Positions 35,846 through 47,352 of a DNA stretch of 64,000 bases are shown piece by piece; position 1 is the first letter of the stretch; every line of letters starts with the position of its first letter. The position numbers and the translations under genes were made by a program. The stretch is from Diplonema japonicum (Eukaryota > Protista > Euglenozoa: Diplonemea). The notes beneath the pieces are model-generated. The model was not told the DNA's origin, did not search any database, and was given only the letters and a program-made list of their open reading frames with translations. The stretch covers positions 62,001 to 126,000 of the forward strand of contig OZ025656.1 in the NCBI GenBank assembly GCA_964019335.1, in the 5' to 3' direction.

Positions 35846-37603
35846 ATGAGTACCAATGAAATCGGCTTCAGGAGCAGCAAGTCTGCTGATATCTTGCAGA
35901 TTGCCAAGGTACGCCATGGGAGGTGTGCAAAGGGGGGGCTGTATGTTCCCTGTGGGGTTAAGAAGATGACGGATGAAGAACGGGAAAGCGCTACAGTCGC
36001 AAGTGTCGTGAAGTCTTTCGTGAATGTTGATGTGGGGAACTCGCATGGGTCGTGCACGGTGATGCAGCTCACAGGCATTATTATGTCCAAAGTGTTGGGC
36101 AGTGACGAGACGGTAGTCGCCCTGACGGAGGAAGGCGGGGATGCGTTAAGAGAAGCAGAAGTGAAGTGTGTCGTGCTGCTTCCGGATTGTACCTGGCTTG
36201 GCAATAGGGACACTGTGGCAGTGGATGGCACTGAGCAGGACATTTTAGAAAGGGTCAATGCGGCTGCGACGTCACATCCTCTGCACAGTATCCACCACTC
36301 TGTCTTGCGCCTCGTAGCCGAAGTAGCCCTTGGCGTCGCCGGAAAGACATGCGATGTGACACACCCCGCCGCACTTGTTTTGAGGGAGCTTGGGGTGGAG
36401 TGCTCCCCGCCATTCAACCAGAGCACGTCTGTCAACAATGCCATCGACAAGGAATGGGCTGAAGCATTGAGCAAGAAAACATCTTTGGACACTCTGACCA
36501 GAGCACTGCCCTACCTCACGCGCCCTAATACTACACACTTCCACAACATTCTTTCAAGCAGTGACCACACAGCAAGCATTCTGAAATCCATCCCGCAAGT
36601 GTCAATTGAGCGAGCTCTGAGCATTCTGAGCAGGCACTACACACACCTCGGGGAGGTTGGGAAGAAGGACACGGGAGAGGCAACCATCAAACTCGTCGAG
36701 GGGTACGACGACAAGAACTTCCATGTGAAGTACGACGAGGGGCGTGCGTACCTCCTGAAGTGCTTTAACCCCTTCACAGCTGATGAACAGATCTTGAAGT
36801 CTCAGGAGGCTGTGATGCGGCACCTGGATGCTGTGATGGATGTCGCTGTGCCCGCACCCGTTGCGACGGACTCCGAACAAGGCTTTTTCCTGTCGGACAC
36901 GGGATACGTGCGGCTGCAGGTGTTTGTACCGGGCACACAACTTTCATCGATGCCTTTCCAACACAACACAGGGCACGAAATAGGCTCGCTCTGCGGTAAA
37001 GTGACCACGTCTTTGCAATCCCTACCAACATGGGTGGGCAGTGTGTTGAAGGGTGTGACTCATAACTGGGATTACGCTAAGACACTGGACTATCTCTTCT
37101 CACTTCTGGACTACGTGAAAGACGAGGTCAGTAGCAGCCTTGCCTTGGAGACGTTGCAATGGTACAAGCAAGGCCTGCAGGAGTACGGGGAGGTGCCCCT
37201 TGCCGTGATCCATGGCGACATCAACTGGACAAATATAATAGTGAATGAACAAGGGGCCATCACAGGGCTTTGCGACTTCGGAGACATTCAGTACACTCAC
37301 AGAGTCAATGAGCTAGGCACCGCTGTTGCTTACGGGGTCCTCGAGCGCGAGGGGCCCTTCGATGTTGCTCGTGCCATTGTGGCAGGGTTCCTCGAGCATG
37401 CCGATTTGAGCCAAGAAGAAAAGCACCTTCTCCCACGTGCCATTGTGGCGAGGCTCGCACAGTCGCTGCTCATGGGTGCCTGCTCACATGCACACCATCC
37501 TACCAACGATTATTTACTTGAAACCCAGAAACCTGGGTGGAAAGCTTTGTCAGAGCTGCTGCCCCTTTTCAAGGCAAACCCTCTTCTTTTGACGCATGAG
37601 TAA
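35846..37603 (+). CDS. Degenerate threonine-synthase-like domain fused to an APH-family (hydroxylysine kinase / type II homoserine kinase-like) phosphotransferase (585 aa)
   Basis: Kinase motifs GYDDKNF, YLLK, VIHGDINWTNIIV, GLCDFGD. N-terminal KGGLYVP, AVDGT and HSI..LRLVAEV echo ThrC motifs. Intronless. Confidence 0.8.
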   Translation: MSTNEIGFRSSKSADILQIAKVRHGRCAKGGLYVPCGVKKMTDEERESATVASVVKSFVNVDVGNSHGSCTVMQLTGIIMSKVLGSDETVVALTEEGGDALREAEVKCVVLLPDCTWLGNRDTVAVDGTEQDILERVNAAATSHPLHSIHHSVLRLVAEVALGVAGKTCDVTHPAALVLRELGVECSPPFNQSTSVNNAIDKEWAEALSKKTSLDTLTRALPYLTRPNTTHFHNILSSSDHTASILKSIPQVSIERALSILSRHYTHLGEVGKKDTGEATIKLVEGYDDKNFHVKYDEGRAYLLKCFNPFTADEQILKSQEAVMRHLDAVMDVAVPAPVATDSEQGFFLSDTGYVRLQVFVPGTQLSSMPFQHNTGHEIGSLCGKVTTSLQSLPTWVGSVLKGVTHNWDYAKTLDYLFSLLDYVKDEVSSSLALETLQWYKQGLQEYGEVPLAVIHGDINWTNIIVNEQGAITGLCDFGDIQYTHRVNELGTAVAYGVLEREGPFDVARAIVAGFLEHADLSQEEKHLLPRAIVARLAQSLLMGACSHAHHPTNDYLLETQKPGWKALSELLPLFKANPLLLTHE

Positions 37604-37732
37604 GTACTGTCTTACTGCAGCCACCACCGAGTGGTACCCTAACTGTTTGAGTGATATTTTATGTATTTTGTTTAATAGCTCGAAAGTTGTTGATGTGTTT
37701 TTTACCTCACCACCAGGGGGGTACATGCAGGC

Positions 37733-39200
37733 ATGCCCCCGAGGCAGCTGACTAGAGCGGAGAGGAGGTCCCAGCGTACATCGGACCTCCGCTTGATGGT
37801 GTTTGTGACTATAGCAGTCACAACATGCATGTTCTCAATGCTGATTTGGATGCACATGACACAGGGTGTGAAAGGACAGCTGGATAGGTTGAACGGTGGC
37901 GGCGGCGATGGGTTGGCCGAGAGAAAGAAGATGCTAATGGAACGAATCGCAGCAAAGAGGCACGAGTCGGAGGCCACTATGCATGAGAAGTGGGAAACCC
38001 AGAAAATACGGGACTCGAATGAGGACAGGACAAGTTCTAGTTGTGAGCCTCTGAGTAAATGGGAAGACAAGGTGCCCTGCAAACACGAAGAATTAAAAGG
38101 GAAGCAACCACGTGTGTTGATTGTAACAGAACACTTCGGACCTTCAAAAACATATCTCTTCCCGCACTATGACGAGCTGGGTGACTGGCAGATATCCTTG
38201 CAAGAGCCATCTGTATGAAACCGTGCAAATGACAACACACAAACAGCTATGGAATGTGGTAGTGAGACCAGACGAGTTGAGCAATCTGTACTGTGCGAAG
38301 CCATGGCTGGACATGACACATATTTTCGACCCATACGGGTCTGTGTCCTCGGGCACCTTGAAGAATATCAAGGAAGCTATCGCCAGTGTTAATATGAAGG
38401 ATCTACTGAAGGAGGAAACCTTTGTCAAGGGCCTTGTGGTGTCTGTGACGCACAACGTTACAACGTTGAAGACTTCGGTATGCACGTGGGGGTGGCTGTA
38501 AACAACACAGATTGGGGAGCACCCAGATGAGAAGCTGATGGAAGTGTTTGGGAAGGGCATGGAATGGGTTATTGAGAAACTCCTCACAAAACCTGTTGAG
38601 GAATGGAAGGTATTGCTGTGCACCAGTACCACGACACTGCAGGTCTCCGACATCGAAGCCATCCACGCGACAGTCTGCGCGGACGAACCTGATGTATGCT
38701 ACCAAACACATATGCAACGCAACGCAGGTTGACATCATAGGGAAGATACGCCCTGCTACGCTGCACGTGGGGTACGGGTTTGAGACCCCGCCACCACTCG
38801 GCTTCGAGGTATGCTTGCTAACTGATCAACAGCACTGCAGGTGGCACATCTGATGGAACTTTACATTGAATGGGTGAAAACGGGTGTTGAGACTAAGTGC
38901 ATGGACCCTGTGCTGCTCGCGATACAGTCCTTTGCTTTGCTGCACCGCATGCAGCCTTTTCAGAATTGTAACACAAGAGTAGCAAAACTTTTCATGAACA
39001 CACTGCTGATGCTGCACGACCTCCCACCCCTGCACATGTTCCTACACACGACCAAAGCCCATCTCCGGAACCTAGAGGGCGACTACTATGCCGGCGAGCC
39101 AGACGCGCTGACTGACTTCTTTGCAAACAATATCCTGTCCTCTGCGAAGGCGGTGGCCTCAGGTAATATCCCAAAACTTGTCAGTCTTCTCAAAGACTGA
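37733..39200 (+). CDS. Single-pass membrane protein with a degenerate Fic domain (FICD-like, ~433 aa)
   Basis: N-terminal TM LMVFVTIAVTTCMFSMLIW; DIEAIHATV..GKIR; Fic-loop-like QPFQNCNTRVAKL. Introns 38213-38246, 38478-38510, 38610-38642, 38694-38727, 38809-38840. Confidence 0.75.
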
Positions 39201-39274
39201 GACCTATTTAGTTGCTGTTTCTTCAGTTATCAGTGCTACTGCTAAGTCACACAGCAAGAACTCATCAATTTAAT

Positions 39275-40921
39275 ATGGCGTCAGGCAAAGCGCGACCGTC
39301 TGGTAAGGGTGGTAAGAAAGGCGAGGGCAAAGGAGGAAAGGGTGCTAAGGGGAACAAACCAGCACCCGTTGAGGAAAAGGAGGTGAAAACGCCTGAGCAG
39401 AAGGTTGTGTATTTCCAGGACAGGTACTGTTCGTACAATCACACACACACACACACAGACCCGAGTCCGCCCCTGGTGCTGGCAGGTCGTACGCAGACAT
39501 GCTCCGCAGCAAGCCCGCCCCCAAGCCCAAGGAGGCACCGGCACCGGTTAAGGAGACAAAAGAACCTGAACCAGAGCCCGAGAAGGAAGAACTAAAGGAA
39601 GAAGTATGTCGTCTTTGTTACACCACATTCAACAGGTCAAACCCGAGCCGGTCGTTGAGAAGACCCCCGTTGAAAAGACAGAAGAACCCGTCCTCGCACC
39701 TACCCCTGCTGTTGCCGCTCCGATCACTACACATGCACCCATCGCAGCACCGACTCCTGTCCCCATTCCCGCCGCTGTTCCTGTCCCCGTCGCTGTGTCC
39801 GCGGTTGTTCCAGTTCCCACCTCTACTCCTGCTCCCGTGTCCGCTATCCCTGAGACAACAGGGTGGGCCGACGAAGCTAAGGACGAAAAGCAGAAAAAGC
39901 CCACCAAGAGGTTCACCGACCAGGCCGAATCGGTGGTGCTCCCCTGCGGTTTCGAAGCTTCTTCGGGCAGCAAGTTTTCATTCCACGCCACTGACATGGA
40001 ACAATCAGCCGAAAAGGACGCTTCTGCCGTGGACAGAAGGAGCTGGGGGCGCGATGGTATGTTTGTTTTGCAATCTACAATAATTTAAAAAAAGAACGGC
40101 TGCCCGTCACATCCGCCGCCCCGTCCCTCACTGCTCAGAGCGCAGTGCCGGGTGCTCAGTGGGCCAGCCCCTCTACCCAGCAGAAGCCCGCTCAATCTCA
40201 GCCTCCCCAGCAGCAGCAGCAACAGCAGCACCTGCACCAAGCCCACCTGCAGCAGCTCAAGACGCAGTCTTCGCTCCCACAATCCCAAATGGCTCAGCGC
40301 TTCGGCGGCAGCAGTGGCAGCAACTTCAACTACGAGTCCAGGATGCAGGCGCAGCAGAGCCGCAACATGCCGTCGCAAGGGAAGAACACGGGTCTTTCGG
40401 GGATGAGCAAGGGCGGTCAACAGGGTCTGGGTCAGGTATCTGGTAGGGGAGGTTTCTACGGTCAGCCCCCCTCGGCGCAGTCGCAGTACAGCAACCTGGG
40501 GGTATGCATGACGCATTACACAATGCACCACACTACAGTTCGGAGGAGGGTATCCCAACATGTCCCAGTATGGGGCCAACGTGAGCCAGACTGGGTACGG
40601 CGGCAGCCAGTACCCGTCTTTCTACCAGGGGTACAACGGGTCCTACAACCAGCGTGAGGTATGGCCGGGAACGGTGTGACTAATAATTTATAGTTGTATA
40701 CGCAGATGACCCAGCAGCAGCAACAGCAGCAACAACAGCAGCAGCAACAGCAACAGCAGCAGCAGCACAACTACAGCCACACAAACTGGCAGAACCGCCA
40801 GAGCCGTGGCGGCGGCCTCGGTGGCGTTGATGCTGCCTACAACTACAACAGCAACCGTGCAGGCGGTCTTCCGTCCACATGGCAGAGCCAGGGGGTTAGC
40901 GGCTCGAGGCCCCTTCAGTAG
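39275..40921 (+). CDS. Low-complexity protein with P/E/K-rich and Q/G/Y prion-like regions (~489 aa; possibly UBAP2/GIP1-like)
   Basis: Introns 39424-39458, 39604-39635, 40057-40094, 40502-40538 and 40659-40693 give a continuous frame; SYADML and SVVLP..FSF motifs; poly-Q. Confidence 0.75.
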
Positions 40922-41268
40922 GAGGCTTAGCCGTCACACAGAATGAAACCAAAACCAACTGGAGTGGGAAACGACCAGTGTAATTTAGAACTATTTTAAC
41001 ACATTCTTTTCAGTCTCCATCCCCTCCCACTCTTTATTAAAATTTGAAAAAAAAAAAAAAAGAAGAAAACTTCCTCCCTTCGTTTATTGCTATCATTATT
41101 TTTCTTTGCCACACTGCACATACCCGCGGCCCAGATTCATGCCCAACCCATTTTTTGAATAACACTCCAGTTGGTACCCCCACCCCACCCATCCCCGCCC
41201 ACCACTTTTATTTCAGTTATTGTATTTTTTGCAGTATGAAGTACACAAGGCAGACAGATGCACACAAA

Positions 41269-42609
41269 ATGGAAGTTACGCTTTTGCAGGATGAGGCCTT
41301 GAAACTGCAGGTAAACAGAAGCATGGTGATAACGCGGGGGGGAAGGGACTTTGTGGGCAGGAAGATTCTACAGGCGAATGGTAAAGAAGTAAAGAAAACT
41401 GCTGAGGTGCTTAGGGCCTTCAATCAATCGAAGGAAGTGACGCTGTTGCTGAAAGAGAAGCCGCTGCCAGTAGGGGTCTTGTCGGGCTTCCTTGGCGCGG
41501 GTAAAACCACAGTGCTGAACCACCTCCTTAGTAATAAGGAGAGCTCAGCCATCGCTGTGATCGTGAATGATATGAGCGATATCAACATTGACGGCCAAGT
41601 CCTGCGCAGCACTGAACAGCTCATCGAGCTACAAAACGGGTGTATTTGCTGCACGTTGCGTGGTGACCTGGTGGACAGCATCCTCGACCTCTGCGACAAA
41701 GGCTATGACTACGTCCTCGTGGAGTCCACAGGCATCGGGGAACCACTGCCTGTAGCACAGGCCTTCTCCAAAGGCAGCCCATTGGAGGACAAGGCACGGC
41801 TTGACGCTCTTGTTACTGTAATCGACGTTACTTCCTTCGCAACCTCCTTCGGGGACTGCACTACCCTGCACGCCATGGACGTGGGCCGCGATGATGACGA
41901 CCAGCGCCCCCTGTCTGCACTCCTCGCCGATCAGGTCTCCTTTGCGAACGTCGTCGTTCTCAACAAAACTGACATTTGCACGCCCTCAGAGTTAGCAGCT
42001 GCACGCTCCCTTGTGCAGTACCTCAACCCCTCGGCTGCGGTGCACGAGGTGGCTCATGGTGCTGTGCCGTGCTGTGGCATTATTGACACTTCCTTATACG
42101 ACGAGGAGGCTTATGTCGACACACCAGCATGGCGGGCAGAACAGGAGAAAGTACACGTCCCTGAAACAGAAGAATTTGGTATCACATCGTTCACGTGGTG
42201 TCTGGCAGGGGGCGACTCGTGCCCTCTGCCGCATGAGGCACTAATGAAGATTGTGCAAGGGGGTATCCCAATAGAAGGAGTCTTGCGGGCCAAGGGATGG
42301 CTGTACAGCAGAGAAAACCCTGACTCGAGGATCAGGTTGTCTATCAGCGGGCGGGGGCGGGTCGAGATGGTTGTGGAGGGTAGGTGGCGGTGCGTGGAGC
42401 AGGAAGAGCTTGCGAGGGCAAAGGTTCTTTCAAAAAAAGGGAAACAGCTACAGATAAGTATTGAAATGGAAATCACGAAGCTAAAGGAGCGTGGAGCATG
42501 GTCAGAGCAGTATGGCGACAGGCGCCAGGAGCTTGTGTTCATTGGAAGGCCAGACGACGGTTTCAACCAGAAAGCCATCGCCTCGTATCTGGAAGGCCTT
42601 CTTGCATGA
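41269..42609 (+). CDS. COG0523/CobW-family zinc metallochaperone GTPase (YciC/ZigA-like)
   Basis: LSGFLGAGKTT, IVNDMS, GCICC, ESTG, LNKTD, LRAKG, GDRRQELVFIG. Alternative start 41236. Intronless. Confidence 0.93.
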   Translation: MEVTLLQDEALKLQVNRSMVITRGGRDFVGRKILQANGKEVKKTAEVLRAFNQSKEVTLLLKEKPLPVGVLSGFLGAGKTTVLNHLLSNKESSAIAVIVNDMSDINIDGQVLRSTEQLIELQNGCICCTLRGDLVDSILDLCDKGYDYVLVESTGIGEPLPVAQAFSKGSPLEDKARLDALVTVIDVTSFATSFGDCTTLHAMDVGRDDDDQRPLSALLADQVSFANVVVLNKTDICTPSELAAARSLVQYLNPSAAVHEVAHGAVPCCGIIDTSLYDEEAYVDTPAWRAEQEKVHVPETEEFGITSFTWCLAGGDSCPLPHEALMKIVQGGIPIEGVLRAKGWLYSRENPDSRIRLSISGRGRVEMVVEGRWRCVEQEELARAKVLSKKGKQLQISIEMEITKLKERGAWSEQYGDRRQELVFIGRPDDGFNQKAIASYLEGLLA

Positions 42610-42710
42610 ATACCCTGTTTGTTGTTCTCCCAATTCTTTCACTCAGCTCAGGAGGGTTGGGAGTTAGAAAAAGAAGGAAATACCAAACTCAAGAAAAAAA
42701 GAAAAAAAAA

Positions 42711-45700
42711 ATGGGGAAAACACGCATGACAGCTGTCGACCTTCGGGCCGCTGTGTCCGAACTGAGCCAAAAATTGGTTGGCCAGCGACTACAAAATATT
42801 TATGATATCAATTCAAAAATGTATTTATTAAAATTCAGTGGCAAAGGCGATCAGAAAGAGTTCGTGGTGATCGAGGTGGGGAGCAGAATACATAGCACGA
42901 CCTTCTCCTTTGACAAGCCCAAGGTGCCTACGGGGTTCACTCTCAAAATCCGGAAGCACATAAGACAATGGCGACTGGACTCCCTTAGGCAGCTGGGGTG
43001 TGACCGTGTCGTGGAGTTCAGCTTCGGTAGTGGTGAAAACGTATGTGGTGTGGGTCATTGAATGGGTGAGAAAAAAAATATTTTGCAGACTTTCCGCCTT
43101 ATCATTGAGTTTTACGCAAAGGGAAACCTCATCTTGACGGACCACAGCTACAGCATCCTGGGGTTGGTGCGTACCCACTCTACTGAGGATGCCAAGTACG
43201 CGGTGCGTGCCACGTACCCCACCACGGACATCCAGCTCTTCCGCCCCATGGTCGAGGAAAGGATGGAGGAGACCTTTAAGAGTGTCGAGGAAGGCGAAGG
43301 CTCCGTCAGTCTGAAGACCGCATTCACGAACAGCACTGAATACGGCCCAGCCTTCGTGGAGCACTGTTTGCTAAAAGCAGGCGCCCGACCAAATTTCAAA
43401 AAAAAAGGTGCTGCGGATGCCGGCCGCCAGGTAGCTCCGGAGCTCTTAAAGGCTTTCGCTGAACCAGACGCCTTCCTGCGTGATGTACCGACACCCCTCG
43501 GCTACCTCATAAGACGCTTGAAGCCTGACGAAGTGAAAGACGCATCCACAACACCCGACAAGAGCGCTACCCGTGCCTCTGCGGAGTCTTATGAAGACTT
43601 TGCACCCGTTCTTTATAAGCAGCACGAAGCAGACGGTCTGCAGGTGGAAAAGTTCGATACGTTCAACGAAGCGTGCGACTACTACTTCAGTGCGATTGAC
43701 CAAGGTGCCGTGCAGCAGCACAATGAGAAGTCCAAAAAGGCAGCGCTCACAAAAGTGGAGAAGGCGATAGCCAACCACAAGCGGCGGATTGAAGAACTGG
43801 AAAAAGAACAAAACAAGAACCTGATCAAAGCGCAGCTTATCGAGAGCAACGCAGACGACGTGGAGGCGGCCCTGGCCATCATACGATCAGCTGTGGGCCG
43901 GGCGGTGGACTGGACGGAGCTCTCGAGAATCATCAGAGAGCAGAAGAGAATAGGGAACCCTATAGCATCTATCATACACGAGCTGAAGCTCGAGAAGAAC
44001 AAAGTGGCGTTGCTGTTGACACTTCCTGAAGAGGAAGACGATGATGGCAACTCAGAAGTGCATGTAGTAGAGGTGGACATCGGCCTCTCAGCGCACGCCA
44101 ATGCAAGGAACTATTTCGGTGTTAAGAAAAAGGTCCAAGAGAAGCAAGCCAAAACACAGGCAGCGGAAGGCAAAGCGATAGAGTCGGCGAACCGCAAAGC
44201 GGAAAAGCAGGCAAAGAAGAAGACACATGTTCCCAAGAAAGACATTGTGATCGTGCGGAAGGTACTGTGGTTCGAAAAGTTCAACTGGTTTATCTCATCG
44301 GAGAACTACCTGATTCTGTCGGGACGCGACGCGCAGCAGAACGAGCTGCTAGTGAAGCGGTACCTCAAGAAGGGTGACATCTATGTGCACGGTGACATTC
44401 ACGGTGCCGCAACCACTATCATCAAGAACCCTTCCTCGCAGGGCGTCCCACCAGACACCTTGTACCAAGCTGGAAACATGGCTGTGTGCAGGAGCTCTGC
44501 GTGGGAGAGCAACATTGTCATCTCCGCGTGGTGGGTGCACCACAACCAGGTCTCAAAGACAGCACCTTCCGGTGAGTACATGCCAACAGGTGCATTCATG
44601 ATCAGAGGAAAAAAGAACTTCTTGCCACCCACCAAGCTCCAAATGGGGGCCGCCCTTCTCTTCCGAGTGCACAACGTATGCCAACAAGGAATAGTGATGA
44701 ACATCATTTAGGAACACGTGGAGCGCCATCGAGGCGAGAGGTGTCCTGTAGACTGGGACCATGAACCGGTGCGGGGCGACGGCTCGTCAACTGGGGTATG
44801 CCATCACACACAGCACACGGCAGCAGGCACCCACCATGTCCGTTGCGCCCTCTATCTGCGCAGCATCAGAGGCTCCCAGTTCCATTCATTGCGGGAAGAA
44901 CCTCCTCGAGAGGTACGGCCTGAACACGGACGCCTACAACGAGGTATGTACACTGCAGTTGACCGACACACGCAGGACGGCGTTGCAGCGGATGCCCCCG
45001 CTCTCGAAGAGCCCCAACCTGAAGCCGTCAAGCCAGCTGTTGAACTTGTGAGCAAGGTTCGCATGAGTGCCAAGGAACGGCGCATGAAGAAGAAGGCTGC
45101 CGTTAAACAAGAAGACAACGAAGAGGAAGCGGAAGCAAAACCCAAACCTGAGAAGAGAGTAGGGATCACGATACCAGAGGAAGCGGCCCACAAAAACAAG
45201 GACGCTGAAAAAGAGAAACCGAAGAAGGGGAACAACGCCCCGCTGTCGAGGGCAGAGAAGAGGAAGGCGAAAAAGCTCGCGAAATACGCGGATCAGGTAT
45301 GACGAGGACACCGAAGACACCTATACTAGGACGAAGAGGAGAAAGAGCTGAAAATGCGGCTATGTGGCTGGGATGGAGGACTGAAGGGGATGAACCAGGT
45401 GGAGGACGAGCAAGAAGAAGAAGAAGAGAAGAAAGCAATCAGAACCTTCGATGACGACGATGCGTTCAGGAAGGACGGGACACCCACACAGCACAAGCAA
45501 AAGCAAGAAGTATGGTGGAGAAGCGGTCAGGGAAAACAAACCACAGGTGAAGGAAATATTGATGGAATTAGACCTCCTGGACACTCTTACGGGCATACCC
45601 CTTGAAGATGACCTGCTGCTGCACCCTCTGCTGATGGTGGGTCCTGTGGAGGCTGTTGAAAACTTCAAGTACAGAGTGAACATCCTGCCAGGAAAGGATA

Positions 45701-45937
45701 AGAAAGGCAAGGCTGCAAACCAGCTCCTTCACCATTTCTCTCAGAGCATCGTCGCAACAGAGCAGGAACGCACGCTCATCAAACACATGGACATGCAGGA
45801 CTGCATTAACTTGCTACCCTCTAACCTTAGGATTGTCACTGATGCTGACCTGGCAAAGTATGTGGTTTTCTTTTTTTTTTCTTACTTGTAATGAATTATC
45901 CCACAGTCCGAAAGGTGGCAAAAAAGGCGGTCGATGA
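42711..45937 (+). CDS. NEMF: Ribosome quality-control factor NEMF/Rqc2 (~986 aa)
   Basis: KTRMTAVDL, NIYDI, RIHST, DRVV, WFEKFNWFISSENYL..GRDAQQNE, QVSKTAPSGEY..GAFMIRGKKNFLPP. Introns 43041-43088, 44676-44711, 44796-44826, 44944-44975, 45297-45329, 45510-45546, 45858-45906. Confidence 0.95.
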
Positions 45938-46432
45938 GAAAGAGTGATTGGTTTTCTTTCCCTTTCCCCCCCCTTTTTTTTTCCATAATTGTCACTTCGC
46001 TACCCTCCTAAGAACCCCTTGTAGGCATCCTACCTAACTGCATCAGGACGCCAGGGAAGCTGTTTGAGGGTATTTCATTCTCTTGATCTTTTTTTTTTCT
46101 TCTTCTTTTTATTGAACGAACTTTTTTTTTCCATTGATAATTCATTTTTTGCGGGTCCCCCCTTATTTTATTTATCTCAGGCCTCTCTCACCCTGCTAAA
46201 AAGAACCCCTCAGCAATTCTTCGATCTTTTTTATTTTTTGCACCCCCCCCCAATTCCTTTTTTTTGAGTAGAAAACCTCTTATGAAAAAAAAAAGAACCC
46301 ACAAGTCAAGTATTTTATTTCACCACCACCACCACTACCCCGCATGGTTTTCCCTTTTCTTTTTTCTACTTCTTTCAACACGAATTGAAACACGACGGCA
46401 GTTGGGGGGTTTTTTTTTTCTTATCTGTTGAG

Positions 46433-47284
46433 ATGACAGTCTGCTTCAATGATGTGCCGGAGCTGTTCGCGGTTCAAACTCCACAGGAGAAGAACAGCAA
46501 CAAGAACACGAAGGAAGCCATCAATTTAGGCAACGGTATTCGAATGGTCCAGCACGGAGGCTCGTGGCATGCAAGGTCCCACGACGCCACAAGTAAGCTG
46601 CCTTCTCTAGGTGGGACAGTCGAATTGTCTCGAGGGAGACGATCGAAAACGGTTGACAAGAAGACGCGGATGCTGACCACTATCGGCAACCTGACCCGCC
46701 CATTGTCATTACAGGAGATCGCCGTCAGATGGGACTCGTGCTCCATCCCCTCACCTTACGACCAGTTCGGAAGAATAACCATGACCAATATGAAGCAGCT
46801 CCTTGAAACTATACTTGAGTTGCCTTGTCCTATATCTTCTCATCACCTTATTGAGATGTTTCTCTTTCTCTCTGATGGTTCGTCAGATCTGACTCATTCT
46901 GCGTTTATAACGGCCATCGCTTCGTATCGATACCCCCTTGCTAAGCGGGGTGTGGAGTTCTTTTGGTACCAGTTTGAACATGCTGGGCAGCTGCCAGTCG
47001 GGCGGATCTGCAAGCAAAACATCATTGCTTTTTTCACGCGGTGCTTGCCCATCCACCTCGCCTCCAGTTGGCACGACTTGTCCGAAGCGCTGTTCCTCCA
47101 CCTCACATGCGACTCCTCCGCTCCCACTGTTTTCGTGTCCTTCAACCACTTCTTCGCTTACACATCACGTGATGACCGCCTCATAGAGTGCTTCACAAAC
47201 ATCGTCCCCAAGGTAATTCCCAAAAGCTTTTCCAAGCAAAAAAAGAAATCCGCCCCCGATGTTTTGATCACTGGTGTATTGTAG
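46433..47284 (+). CDS. Hypothetical protein with degenerate EF-hand-like helical pairs (~283 aa)
   Basis: Open ORF; DQFGRITMTNMKQLL, DGSSDLTHSAF, GRICKQNI and VSFNHF resemble divergent EF-hands. Confidence 0.65.
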   Translation: MTVCFNDVPELFAVQTPQEKNSNKNTKEAINLGNGIRMVQHGGSWHARSHDATSKLPSLGGTVELSRGRRSKTVDKKTRMLTTIGNLTRPLSLQEIAVRWDSCSIPSPYDQFGRITMTNMKQLLETILELPCPISSHHLIEMFLFLSDGSSDLTHSAFITAIASYRYPLAKRGVEFFWYQFEHAGQLPVGRICKQNIIAFFTRCLPIHLASSWHDLSEALFLHLTCDSSAPTVFVSFNHFFAYTSRDDRLIECFTNIVPKVIPKSFSKQKKKSAPDVLITGVL

Positions 47285-47352
47285 AAAGCGTGCAGTTTGC
47301 AATACGAGGGTAAAAAATAACTTCAAACTTAATCCAGGGCGGGGTGGGTACA

